Shown here in pieces: positions 23,135-33,385 of a stretch of DNA of 64,000 nucleotides. The notes below the pieces were generated by a model. That model ran no database searches and had not been told where the DNA came from. It saw only the letters and a list, made by a program, of their open reading frames with translations. Source of the DNA: an uncultured Methanomicrobiaceae archaeon (lineage in GTDB: Archaea; Halobacteriota; Methanomicrobia; Methanomicrobiales; Methanoculleaceae); contig CAWGXH010000004.1 in the NCBI GenBank assembly GCA_963826525.1, positions 288,001 to 352,000 on the forward strand, written 5' to 3'. The stretch's first letter is position 1; the number at the start of each line of letters is the position of its first letter. The position numbers were made by a program, and so were the translations under genes.

Positions 23135-23413
23135 GTGTATGCTGATTTAAACATAGACTGCATCGGCGCCTGCGAGGCACCGATGCTCCTGGTGAAAGAG
23201 GGGTTCGGAAGAATCGAGAAGGGGCAGGTGCTGCAGATCGAGACCGATAAACCCGGCCTTGTGCAGGATATCACCAGCTGGGCCGATAGTCAGGGGTTCT
23301 CCATCGAAGAGCAGGAGAAGCGTGCGGGCGTGACCACGCTGTACATCAGAAAGACTGCGGAATGGTCGGAAGAGCAGGAGAAGACCGTCCAGACAGCCGA
23401 GCAGCGGCGCTAG
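23135..23413 (+). CDS. TusA/SirA-like protein 2 (CEAP variant)
   Basis: IDCIGACEAP, GQVLQIETDKP...DITSWA. Confidence 0.8.
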   Translation: MYADLNIDCIGACEAPMLLVKEGFGRIEKGQVLQIETDKPGLVQDITSWADSQGFSIEEQEKRAGVTTLYIRKTAEWSEEQEKTVQTAEQRR

Positions 23414-23471
23414 CGAAGGAGGGGGAGTGCTCATTCAGCATTCCCATCCTTCCCGGAGGGGGTGATGATCT

Positions 23472-23705
23472 GTGCATGCCGACAGGTACGTTGACGGCAA
23501 GGGCTCTTTCTGCCAGGCACCGATATTCATGCTGAAAGAAGGGATGGACCCACTCGAACGGGGAGCCATCCTGAAAGTCGATCTCGATGCGGACGCAACG
23601 GAAGAGGACGTGAAGGTCTGGGCAAAGCGGATGGGGCACGAGATTGTGGAGACCGAGAAAGCCGCCGGCGTGACGACAATTTATATACGAAAGGCGGGAA
23701 CGTGA
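23472..23705 (+). CDS. TusA/SirA-like protein 3 (CQAP variant)
   Basis: VDGKGSFCQAP, EEDVKVWAKRMGHE. Confidence 0.8.
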   Translation: MHADRYVDGKGSFCQAPIFMLKEGMDPLERGAILKVDLDADATEEDVKVWAKRMGHEIVETEKAAGVTTIYIRKAGT

Positions 23706-23709
23706 GAAC

Positions 23710-24070
23710 ATGGCCAGACTTCTATACGTCCAGACCAGCGGAACCGATACTCCGGAACGGCTCTACGGTCCCCTTGTCCTCGGGATGACCGCCCGTGCAA
23801 TGGATATGGATGCGGACATCTTCTTCATGATCAAGGGGGTGACCGTCGTCAAGCGAGGAGAGGCGGAGAAGATCCGGATCGGCACCTTCCCGAGCCTTGC
23901 CGAGATGCTGAACCAGGCGATAAGCTTCGGGCGTCACGATCTACATCTGCGAACAGAGCACGCAGCTGCTCGGGCTTGAGCGGGGGGATTTCATACCGGA
24001 AGGGAAGATCGTCGGTGCCGCGACCTTAAACGACCTTGCGCTCGATGCAGACGCCGTCCTAACCTTTTAG
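23710..24070 (+). CDS. DsrE/F-like protein (frameshift near 23925)
   Basis: IFFMIKGVTVV, then GVTIYICEQS...KIVGAATLNDLALDADAVLTF* in the shifted frame. Confidence 0.82.
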
Positions 24071-24079
24071 AGCGGGCTT

Positions 24080-25232
24080 ATGGAGAGAATCTACCTCGAC
24101 CATGCAGCGGCGATGCCGGTCGATCCGCGAGTCCTCGATGCCGCTCTGCCGTACCTGACCGAGAAGGTCGGGAACCCGTCGAGTCTCTACCACGAAGGGC
24201 TTACGGCAAAGTCTGCCATCGAGGAGGCACGCGGCAGAGTCGCCGACCTGATCAATGCAGAGGATACCCAGTCGATCATCTTCACGAGCGGCGCCACCGA
24301 GTCGAACAACATCGCGGTCCGCGGCACTGCTCTCCGGAACATCCGCACCGGAAAGAAGGTTGCGGCGAGCACGATAGAGCACATCTCCGTCATAAACCCT
24401 GCAAAAGATCTCCAGAAGAGCGGTTTTGAGTTCGCCCGGATACCGGTCGACACGTTGGGAGTCGTCGATCTCGAAGCTTTGAGCGGGATCGTGACGCCCG
24501 AGACGACGGTGACCTCGATCATGTACGCGAACAACGAGATCGGCACCGTCGAACCTATTCCGGAGATCGCCGGGATCGTGCACGACCGGGGCGTATACCT
24601 CCATGTCGATGCGGCGGATGCCGCCGGGCGGATCCCCATCGACGTGCAGCGGGACGGCATCGATCTCCTCACGCTCTCGGCAAATCGAGCTCGGCGGGCC
24701 TGAGGGAACCGGCGCCCTGTACATACGCCCGGGCGTCCGGGAGCAGCCGGTGGTCCTCGGCGGGGGACAGGAGCGGGGGCTCCGGTCGGGCACCGAGAAC
24801 CTCTTCGGCATCGTCGGGATGGGGGAGGCCGCACGGATCGCCGGAGCCGATATGCAGGGGGAGAGCAGGCGGCTTGCCGGGATACGGGATCGGCTTATCG
24901 AGGGGATACTGACCATCGACGAGGCCTACCTGACCGGCCACCCTACCGAGCGGCTCCCGCACCACGCCAGTTTCCGCTTCTCCCGGATAGAGGGGGAGAG
25001 CATTCAGCTCGCCATGGACATGTACGGTATCGCGGTCGCCACCGGCTCGGCCTGCACCTCCCGGACGCTTGAAGCCTCCCACGTGCTTCTCGCGATAGGC
25101 CTTCGGCACGAGGAGGCGCACGGCTCCATGATCGCGACCCTGGGCCGTTCGAACACCAGTGAGCAGGTATCGAGAATCGTGGACGCGGCAGGAGAAACAG
25201 TTAAACGACTGCGCGCTATTACACCGTTATGA
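24080..25232 (+). CDS. iscS: IscS/NifS-family cysteine desulfurase homologue, apparently lacking the PLP lysine (frameshift near 24685)
   Basis: YLDHAA, GNPSS, FTSGATESNN, EHISV, ANNEIG, RSGTEN, ATGSACTS. Confidence 0.88.
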
Positions 25233-25248
25233 CCGGGGTGACTCGCAG

Positions 25249-25635
25249 ATGGCAGAACAGATAGGATACAGCCAGAAGGTGATGGAGCACTTCATGAACC
25301 CGCACAACGTCGGGGTCATCGAGAATGCGGACGGCTACGGCAAGGTGGGCAATCCTGTCTGCGGCGATATCATGGAGATCTTCATCAAGGTGAAGGACGA
25401 CCGGATCGAGGATATCAAGTTCCGCACGTTCGGCTGCGGGTCGGCCATCGCCACGAGCAGTATGGTCACCGACATGGCCAGGGGCAAGACCCTCGACGAG
25501 GCGATGGCCATCACCCGAAGCGACGTGGCCACCGAGCTCGAGGGTCTGCCGCCGCGGAAGATGCACTGTTCGAACCTCGCGGCGGATGCACTTCACGAGG
25601 CGATTAAGGACTACCGGAGCCGGCAGGGAGCGTAG
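25249..25635 (+). CDS. iscU: Fe-S cluster scaffold IscU/NifU
   Basis: GNPVCGD, FGCGSAIA, KMHCSNLA. Confidence 0.95.
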   Translation: MAEQIGYSQKVMEHFMNPHNVGVIENADGYGKVGNPVCGDIMEIFIKVKDDRIEDIKFRTFGCGSAIATSSMVTDMARGKTLDEAMAITRSDVATELEGLPPRKMHCSNLAADALHEAIKDYRSRQGA

Positions 25636-25647
25636 AGCAGTTCGTGC

Positions 25648-26548
25648 TCACCGGCCGAAGATCCGGAGAATATTCTTCGCGAGATCGACGCTCTTGCCCC
25701 GGTTGACCATCAGGGTATCGAGGCGGAGCGTGCCGTCGATCTCCACCGGGTCGCGGATGTCCTGCACGAAGAGATCGAGGAAGTCTTCGTAGAGCCGGAT
25801 TGTTCCGGCCGAGGTCGGTTCACACCCGAACGCCCGCATCAGCGCCGCAGCAGGGCCGCTGACCGGCGCATCCCCGATGAACGGGCTGATCGCAACCACA
25901 CGCTGCTTTTTGAGCGCTTCACGAACACCTGCACACTCGAGGATGGGAGATATACTGGTCACGGGATTTGAAGGCCCGATGATCACGCCGTCGCTCTCCT
26001 CGATCGCAGAGAGCACTTCGGGCGTCGCCACCGGGGGTTCCCGGAACCGCCGAACGACGCCGGAGATCGGCACGGTGCCCCGGTGCTTCACCCAGTACTC
26101 CTGGAAGTGGATGCAGCTATCGTCGGTCTCGACGTACGTCGTCACTTCCGAATCGGTCATCGGAAGGACCGTCGCCTGCACGCCGAGATGCTCTGCGAGC
26201 GCCTTTGTCGAGGCGGTCAGGGTCATGCCCGAACGGGAGCTGCTCCCCCCGTGCCGCATGCACCGCCCGGTCGAGGTCCCCGACCGCGATGAACTCGTCG
26301 ACGCCGAGCTGCTGCAGGTACTCGTGGGTGATAAAGGTGTCACCGCGGATACCCCACCATTTCGTCGTGTCGAGGGTCTCCGCAAAGAGGTAGAGTACGG
26401 TATCGATATCGGGAGAGAGATGGTTTCCCGTGAGCCACATATCCTCGGCCGTGTTGACGACCACGCTGATCTCGCGTTCATCCAGAATTTCCTGAATGCC
26501 GCGAAGCAGTTTCGGCGTTCCCGTTCCGCCCGAGAGGAACGTAATCAT
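25648..26548 (-). CDS. cofD: 2-phospho-L-lactate transferase (frameshift near 26245)
   Basis: [42 protein letters not shown]. Confidence 0.9.
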
Positions 26549-26638
26549 GTAATCATAGGGGTAAATAGGCCTTCCCTAATGAACGTTGTCAAATACGCCG
26601 AGGTAACCGCCCGCATTATCGTCGATCTCCCGGTGCCT

Positions 26639-27548
26639 TCACCGTTTTGCGCGCCTGATGACCGCCATGAGGTCCCAGGCAAGCGACTCGGCGTTCCGAT
26701 CACGCCACACACGGGTCTCGAGGCGAAGCGATCCCTCGACGACCTCGGGGTCGCGGATATCCTGCACGAAGACGTCCGCGACGTCCCGGTAGAGAGACCA
26801 TGCACCCGCCGAGGTCGGTTCTTCCCCGGCAGCCCGCATCAGTGCCGCTTCCGTCGGCAGGGGAGGGACATCTCCCCGGAACGGGGAGACCGCAATGACG
26901 AACCGGTCCTGGAGCGCTTCCCGGATACCGGCGCAGTCGAGGATGGGCAGGATGCTCCGGACAGGATTGTCGGGACCGATGATCACGGCATCGCTCTCGT
27001 CCATCGCGGCGAGAACCTCGGGCGTTGCCGCCGGCTCCTCTTCGCCGGCACGGACGATCCGCCGGATTGCAAGATTCTCGAGGTCCGATCGGCAGTACCT
27101 CGAGGATCTGCATGGCTCCGGCATCCGCCTCCACGAGAGTGGTGATCTCGGTATCGGTCATCGGAAGAATCCGTGCCGCGAGACCAAGAGCAGTGCTCTG
27201 GAGCCGTGTCGCCTCCGTAGGCGTCATACCCGACCGGAGCATCTCTCCCCGGGCGATCTGGACGGCGCGAACTTTATCCCCTATCGCGAGCCACTCCTCC
27301 CCTGCCACCCGCTTAAGGAACCGATGTGTCGAGAAGGTGTCTCCTTTGATCCCCTGCCAGGTAGCGGTATTTAAGATCCCGGCAAAGAGGAAGAGGAGCG
27401 TCTCGATATCAGGGGCGTGGTGGTTGCCGCTGATCCAGAGATCGTCGGCGGTGTTGGCGACGACCGTGATCTCGTGGTCGTAGAGGATCTGCCGGGTGCC
27501 CCGTATCAGCCTCGGCGTTCCCGTTCCGCCCGAGAGGAAGGTGATCAT
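26639..27548 (-). CDS. CofD paralogue, divergent (frameshift near 27095)
   Basis: Same [12 protein letters not shown] start, but motifs changed to APDIET, GPDNP and LPTEA. Confidence 0.82.
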
Positions 27549-27702
27549 GACACGGGTATATTTCTCAGTGCTAGATGAAGAAGGTTGATCGGGGCAGCGG
27601 CGGAGCGGATCGGCATGAGGGGGAGCAGCGACCGATGTACAACGAGCAACATAACGCGCCGGGCGGGAGAAACTGATTAATGTGCAGTCAGCACACGCTC
27701 AC

Positions 27703-28939
27703 ATGAAAGCGATGAAGATCATCAAGGATCCGGTGCACGGCTACGTGGAGGTGGACACGCTCGCACTTCGCCTGCTCGACGCCGGAGAGGTGCAGCGCCT
27801 CCGCCACATATCACAGCTCGGATTCGCGAATCTCGTCTATCCGGGAGCGAACCACACCCGTTTCGAGCACTCGCTCGGGACGATGCACCTCGCTGCCCTG
27901 CTCTCCCGGCAGGCTCGACCTCACCCCGAACGAACGGCAGCTCGTCACCGTCGCCGCTCTTCTCCATGATATCGGCCATGGCCCGTTCTCGCACGTCATC
28001 GAACCTATCATGGAGACCTGCGCGGGAAGAAGCCATCACGAGGTTTCCAATCTGCTGAAGACCGGCCTGATAGCCGAGACCCTCGGGGACGAAGGGATCA
28101 GCCCCGCTGAGGTCTGCAGTGTCATCAGCGGCCGGCATCGCCTTGCGGGGATCATCCACGGGAGCCTCGATGTCGACCGGATGGACTACCTGATGCGGGA
28201 CGCACACTATACGGGCGTTCCCTATGGGACGGTGGACGCGCACCGCCTGATCCGGAGCATCATTCTCACCGACTCGGGGGTGGGGCTCGAAGAGAACGGC
28301 ATCAACGCGGCGGAATCGCTCCTGATAGCCCGGACGCTGATGCGTCCCGCGGTCTACTTCCACCACGTCAGCCGGATCGCAACGAGCATGTTCGTCCTGG
28401 CTGTCATGGAACACCTGGAGCAGGTTCCCGGAACCGATCCGGGTGTGATGGTGCGGATGGACGACGCCGCCTGCATGGAGATGCTGAAGGCGTCGCAGAG
28501 CCCGGTTGCCCGCGACCTCGCTGCCAGGGTCTACAACCGCAATCTCTACAAACGGGCGCTCTACGTCGGGGAAGACCGGGTGAACCTGGCCGCCGTCCTG
28601 ACCGATCTGAGCCATGCCAAAGAGCGGGCGATCGCCCGGGAGATCGCCGGGGCCGCCGGCATCGAGGAGTGGGAGGTGATCGTCGACATTCCTCCGCTCC
28701 CGGGCGAGATGTCGATGGAGGTCAGGGTCAGGAGCAGCCATACCCTGGTGGAGCTCGAAGAGGTCTCCCCGCTGATCAACACCTTGAACGACACGAGAAG
28801 GCAGCAGTGGCGCCTCGGGGTCTACGCACCGCCGCAGCACCGGTCGGCCGTCGAACAGGCGGCCGTCGAGGTGCTCCGGGTCAAGCGGCCGACCAAACAG
28901 GATAAACTCATGATTGCATACCAGAAAGAGGGTTTATGA
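27703..28939 (+). CDS. HD-domain phosphohydrolase (SAMHD1/YwfO-like; frameshift near 27915)
   Basis: [52 protein letters not shown]. Confidence 0.88.
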
Positions 28940-29491
28940 CGAAGGAATATGTCATCGGGGTTACGGGGGCAAGCGGCGTCATCTACGCCCGCCGCATCCT
29001 CGAGGTGCTCTGCGAGAAGGCGACGGTTCATATCGTCATCTCGGACGTCGCCCGCCGGATAGCGGAGATCGAGCGGGTCGACCTTAGCCGGGTTCGACGC
29101 AATCTATGCCGAGAACAGCGATCTTGCCGCGGATATCGCCAGCGGGTCGTTCCGGTACGACGGGATGGCAATCGTGCCCTGCAGCATGAAGACGCTTGCA
29201 GCGGTCAGCAACGGATTTGCCGATAACCTCATCACCCGTGCGGCGGACGTCTGCCTGAAGGAGAACCGGCGGTGCATCCTTCTTCTCCGGGAGATGCCGC
29301 TCTCCCGGATACACTTGAAGAACATGCTTGCGGCCGACGAAGCGGGTGCAACGGTCATGGTGGCAAGCCCGCCGTTCTACCAGAACCCGGAGACGATAGA
29401 CGACCTCGTCGATATGGTCGCCGCACGAGTGCTGGACCACCTGGGTGTCGAGCACCGGCTCGGCGTGCGATGGAGCGGATACGATGCGTGA
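28936..29491 (+). CDS. ubiX: Flavin prenyltransferase UbiX (frameshift near 29090)
   Basis: GVTGASG, IASGS, PCSMKTLA, RAADVCLKE, REMP. Confidence 0.92.
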
Positions 29492-30725
29492 ATTCATTGA
29501 GATGATGCGAAGGAAAGGGTGTGTCGAGGATATCCGCGAGCCGTGTTCGTCGGTCTTCGACGCCCCGAGACTATCAAAAGAGAACGATGCCATACTCTTC
29601 TTCCACGACGTGGACGGGCACCGGGCGGTCATGAACCTGATGGCCGACCGCTCCGCGCTGGCAGCGGCGCTCGGCGTCGAGGAACGAAGCCTCGTCCCGC
29701 ACCTGGCGAAGGCGACCTACTCCGGAAGAGTGGTCAACGCAGGACCGCTTACCGGAGGCGAACCCGCGGACCTCTCCCGCCTTCCGATCATGAAGCACTT
29801 CCCCGGGGATGCCGGCCGCTACATCACCGCGGGGATCGTCTTCTCCCGCGAAGGGGCGGTCGAGAACGGTTCGATCCACCGGATGCTGGTGATCGACAAT
29901 AAGAGGGTCGCCGCCCGCCTCGTCGAGGGGCGCCACACCCACACGATGCTCAAAGCCGCCCTTGCCCGCGGGGAGCGCCTCCCCGTGGCGGTCACCATCG
30001 GCACCCATCCCCTGGTGACGTTCGCAGGCTGCACCCGGGTCCCGGAAGGAAAGGAACTCGCCTACGCCGCAGAGCTCCTGGGCGGGGAACTCACCGTATG
30101 GGAGTGCAAAAACGGCGTTCTGGTTCCGGATGCCGAGATCGTGCTCGAAGGGTATATTGGGGCGGAACGTGCCGCCGAAGGGCCTTTCGTCGACATCACC
30201 GGAACCTACGACCCGGTCAGGCAGCAGCCGGTGATCGAGTTCACCGATATGTACCTCAAAGCCGATCCGGTCTATCACGGCATCCTCCCCGCCGGGAACG
30301 AGCACAAACTCCTGATGGGAGCGCCGTACGAACCGAAGATCTACCGGGCGGTCGGCGAGGTGACGACGGTGCGGGACGTGCTGCTCACGAAGGGCGGGGC
30401 GGGCTATCTCCACGCCGTCGTCCAGATCCGGAAGAATACCCAGGGAGACGCGAAGAACGCCATCATGGCAGCCTTCGCCGCCCATACCTCGCTCAAGCAC
30501 GTCGTCGTGGTCGACGAGGATATCGACATCCACGACCCGGTCGACGTCGAGTTCGCCATCGCCACCCGCGTCCGGGGGGATACCGATCTGATGGTGATCA
30601 CGGGAGTGCGTGGTTCGTCCCTCGATCCGATGCGGCTTGGCGACGGGACGAATGTCAAGATCGGTCTTGACGCCACGATGGTAATGGGGAAAGAGGACGA
30701 GTTTGTGCGGGCAGGATGGGAGTGA
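29484..30725 (+). CDS. UbiD-family decarboxylase, probable trans-anhydromevalonate 5-phosphate decarboxylase
   Basis: DAGRYIT, GSIHRM, EGPFVDITG, VVDEDID, SSLDP; adjacent to ubiX and acnX. Confidence 0.85.
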   Translation: MREFIEMMRRKGCVEDIREPCSSVFDAPRLSKENDAILFFHDVDGHRAVMNLMADRSALAAALGVEERSLVPHLAKATYSGRVVNAGPLTGGEPADLSRLPIMKHFPGDAGRYITAGIVFSREGAVENGSIHRMLVIDNKRVAARLVEGRHTHTMLKAALARGERLPVAVTIGTHPLVTFAGCTRVPEGKELAYAAELLGGELTVWECKNGVLVPDAEIVLEGYIGAERAAEGPFVDITGTYDPVRQQPVIEFTDMYLKADPVYHGILPAGNEHKLLMGAPYEPKIYRAVGEVTTVRDVLLTKGGAGYLHAVVQIRKNTQGDAKNAIMAAFAAHTSLKHVVVVDEDIDIHDPVDVEFAIATRVRGDTDLMVITGVRGSSLDPMRLGDGTNVKIGLDATMVMGKEDEFVRAGWE

Positions 30726-30729
30726 CGCG

Positions 30730-31893
30730 ATGTATCTCGATACAGAGGATGAAAAGATCTTAAGCGGGGAGTTTGGGGAGACCCGGCAGAAGATGATGGA
30801 GATCCTGGTCGCTCTCGGCCGGGTGTATAATGCGGAGAAGCTGGTCTCGATCGCGAGCGCCCAGGTGAGCGGCGCATCGTACAAGACGATCGGAAAGTGG
30901 GGCCTCGAGTGGCTCTCGAGCCTGGACGCCCGGGTAGCGGTGCCGACAGTCTTGAACCCAATCGGGATGCCCCGGGAGGAGTGGCGCGACCTCGCCGGGA
31001 TCACGCCCGAGTTTGCCCACCAGCAGGAGGCGGTGCTTGCCGCGTATCACCGTCTCGGGATCAGGATGGAGTGCACCTGCACGCCCTACTACCTGCAGCG
31101 GACCGAATACGGCGAGCACCTCGCGTGGTCGGAGTCGAGCGCCGTTGCATATGCAAACTCGGTCATCGGTGCCCGCACGAACCGAGAGGGGGGGCCGAGC
31201 GCTCTTGCGGCGGCGATCATCGGGAAGACGCCCTTCTACGGGCTGCATCTCGTTGCAAACCGCCAGCCAGGCGTCGTCGTCGAGGTGGAGGCGGGCGACT
31301 CGCCGCGGGCCGACCACTACGGCGCAATCGGCTACCTCGCCGGAAAGGAGGTCGGGAACCGGATTCCGTTCATCACCGGCATCAGGCCGGGCCGCGACCA
31401 GCTCAAGGCGCTCGGGGCGGCGATGGCGGCAACCGGAGCGGTCGCCCTCTATCATGTCGAGAAGATCACCCCCGAGACGAGGGTCTTTCCCTTCGAGACA
31501 GAGGGGCTTGAGCGGATAACCGTCGGGCTGGAGGATATCGAGAACCTCTTTGCAACGATGGACGTCGATGCGGTCGCGATCGGGTGTCCGCACTGCTCGC
31601 CGGGCGAACTCCAGGAGATAGCCGGGCTCCTCGCCGGCAAACGGACGACAAAGCCCCTGCTCGTCTTCGTCGCCCGCACGGTCGCCCGGGAGAATCAGGG
31701 CCTCGTCACCGCCATCGAGCGGAGCGGTGCGAAGGTCGTCCCCGACACCTGCATGGTCGTCTCGCCGGCGATGGATCACTATAAGGCGATCATGGTCGAT
31801 TCAGGGAAGGCCTTCGCGTATGTCCCCGGGATGTGCGGGGCGCTCGCCAGGCTCGGGACGCGAAAAGAGTGCATCGAGGTCGCGACCTCGTAA
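30730..31893 (+). CDS. Aconitase X large subunit, probable phosphomevalonate dehydratase large subunit
   Basis: SGASYKTIG, CTCTPY, WSESSAV, ARTNREGG, IGCPH, DTCMVVSP, DSGKA. Confidence 0.88.
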   Translation: MYLDTEDEKILSGEFGETRQKMMEILVALGRVYNAEKLVSIASAQVSGASYKTIGKWGLEWLSSLDARVAVPTVLNPIGMPREEWRDLAGITPEFAHQQEAVLAAYHRLGIRMECTCTPYYLQRTEYGEHLAWSESSAVAYANSVIGARTNREGGPSALAAAIIGKTPFYGLHLVANRQPGVVVEVEAGDSPRADHYGAIGYLAGKEVGNRIPFITGIRPGRDQLKALGAAMAATGAVALYHVEKITPETRVFPFETEGLERITVGLEDIENLFATMDVDAVAIGCPHCSPGELQEIAGLLAGKRTTKPLLVFVARTVARENQGLVTAIERSGAKVVPDTCMVVSPAMDHYKAIMVDSGKAFAYVPGMCGALARLGTRKECIEVATS

Positions 31894-31996
31894 GATCGGG
31901 CATTCTTCCGCCATATCTTTTTTCAGCCGGTCACCGTTCTTCGTCCGGTAACCTTCATCACCCCGGACGCCGTATCGGACGCCGGGAGAAAGAAGT

Positions 31997-32257
31997 ATGC
32001 CACGAACGGACGTCACCGCCATGCAACGGAACCGGGATATCGAAGGGCTGATCCGGACACTCGGGGATCCGAACGAGAGCGTCCGGGAGGCCGCAGCGAC
32101 GGCGCTCGGGGCAGTCGGCGATGCGCGGGCGATCGAACCGCTGACGCGGGCGAAGTTCTTCGACGAACGTCCGGAGGTCAGGCGGGCCGCGTCGGCAGCG
32201 CACGTCTGGCTCTCCGAGCGGCTCCGAGCGGAGCGGATGCTGAAAGGCGGGCGGTAA
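31997..32257 (+). CDS. Small HEAT-repeat (PBS lyase-like) protein
   Basis: RDIEGLIRTLGDPNESVREAAATALG. Confidence 0.78.
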   Translation: MPRTDVTAMQRNRDIEGLIRTLGDPNESVREAAATALGAVGDARAIEPLTRAKFFDERPEVRRAASAAHVWLSERLRAERMLKGGR

Positions 32258-32295
32258 CGCCTGCCGGACGTGGGGCACCCTTACGGTGAGGACGG

Positions 32296-33000
32296 TCACC
32301 CCGGGAAGAGCACGGGGATGAGCGACGGCGACCCCCCCGCGGCATCTCCGGACGGCGTGAAGGTGCTCTCAGGAATCCCGGTGTTGACGGCGATGTTGGC
32401 GTACTCGACCGAGAGGACGACGTTTCCGGCATCGTCGTAGAATTCCACCTTATCGACCATCCAGGTCGAGGCATCGATCCACGCCCGCATCCGGGTAAAC
32501 CCGGTATCCATATACCGGAGCAGATCGCCCGGCGACGCCTCGACGACGTGCGCCCTGCTACCGTTCACGCCTTCGACCCCGAGATAGAGTATTGCGTTCT
32601 CCGCCACGATCCGGGGGACGACCTGCTGGTAGTCCTCCCGGGCGAAGCGATCACAGAGCATCCTCTGTGCAACGATCCGCTCCGCCGCGCCGGTGCCCGG
32701 TCGGATGCGCCAGAACATGCTCCCGTTGAAGATCTCGATCAGATCCGGCTTTCCGTCGGCCCCGATATGGTCGAGTCGATAGCGGCACGGTGTCTTTACT
32801 TGCACGAAGGTCTTCCCGGGCGACGCATCGCTGCCCGTGGTCACCTGCAGTGTTGCCGAGTAATCATGGAGATCTTCCCGGTGCTGCAGCACCTGCTCCC
32901 GGATCTCGTCGACCGTCGGTTCCTGACCCCATAGCCCCACCGCTCCGGCGATCAGGCCTGCCAGGACGACGAGCAGCAGCAGCAGCATGGTGAGTCTCAT
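32296..33000 (-). CDS. Secreted LolA-fold (DUF2092-like) protein
   Basis: Signal peptide; WIDASTWMVDKVEFYD...YANIAVNTGIPESTF. Confidence 0.72.
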   Translation of the reverse strand: MRLTMLLLLLVVLAGLIAGAVGLWGQEPTVDEIREQVLQHREDLHDYSATLQVTTGSDASPGKTFVQVKTPCRYRLDHIGADGKPDLIEIFNGSMFWRIRPGTGAAERIVAQRMLCDRFAREDYQQVVPRIVAENAILYLGVEGVNGSRAHVVEASPGDLLRYMDTGFTRMRAWIDASTWMVDKVEFYDDAGNVVLSVEYANIAVNTGIPESTFTPSGDAAGGSPSLIPVLFPG

Positions 33001-33093
33001 CCGGCATCCCTGCACGAGACGGTCTCAGGAAGTAAGAAAACATAAATACTGTTGCTGAGTGACAGATGCCGTACCCATGAGGGGGGATGATCG

Positions 33094-33378
33094 ATGACAA
33101 GTCTTAATGACATAGACAAGATGCGTGACAACCGGGATGTAGACGGGCTGATCCGGGCACTCGACGATGAGGACGAGTTTGTCAGGACGCAGGCCGTCCT
33201 CTCGCTCGGGGCGATCGCCGACCCGAAAGCAAAAGACCCCGTCGCCCGGCTCCGAACGGACGACCCCAGTGCATCAGTCCGTGAGGCGGCCGAAACCGCC
33301 TACAAATGGCTGGTCGGCAGGCTCGAGGAGGTGGAGACGACGAAGGGAACGCTCAAGAGCCCGTCGCCGCCCCGGTAG
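33094..33378 (+). CDS. Small HEAT-repeat protein, paralogue of 31997-32257
   Basis: RDVDGLIRALDDEDEFVRTQAVLSLG. Confidence 0.78.
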   Translation: MTSLNDIDKMRDNRDVDGLIRALDDEDEFVRTQAVLSLGAIADPKAKDPVARLRTDDPSASVREAAETAYKWLVGRLEEVETTKGTLKSPSPPR

Positions 33379-33385
33379 CCGCGGA

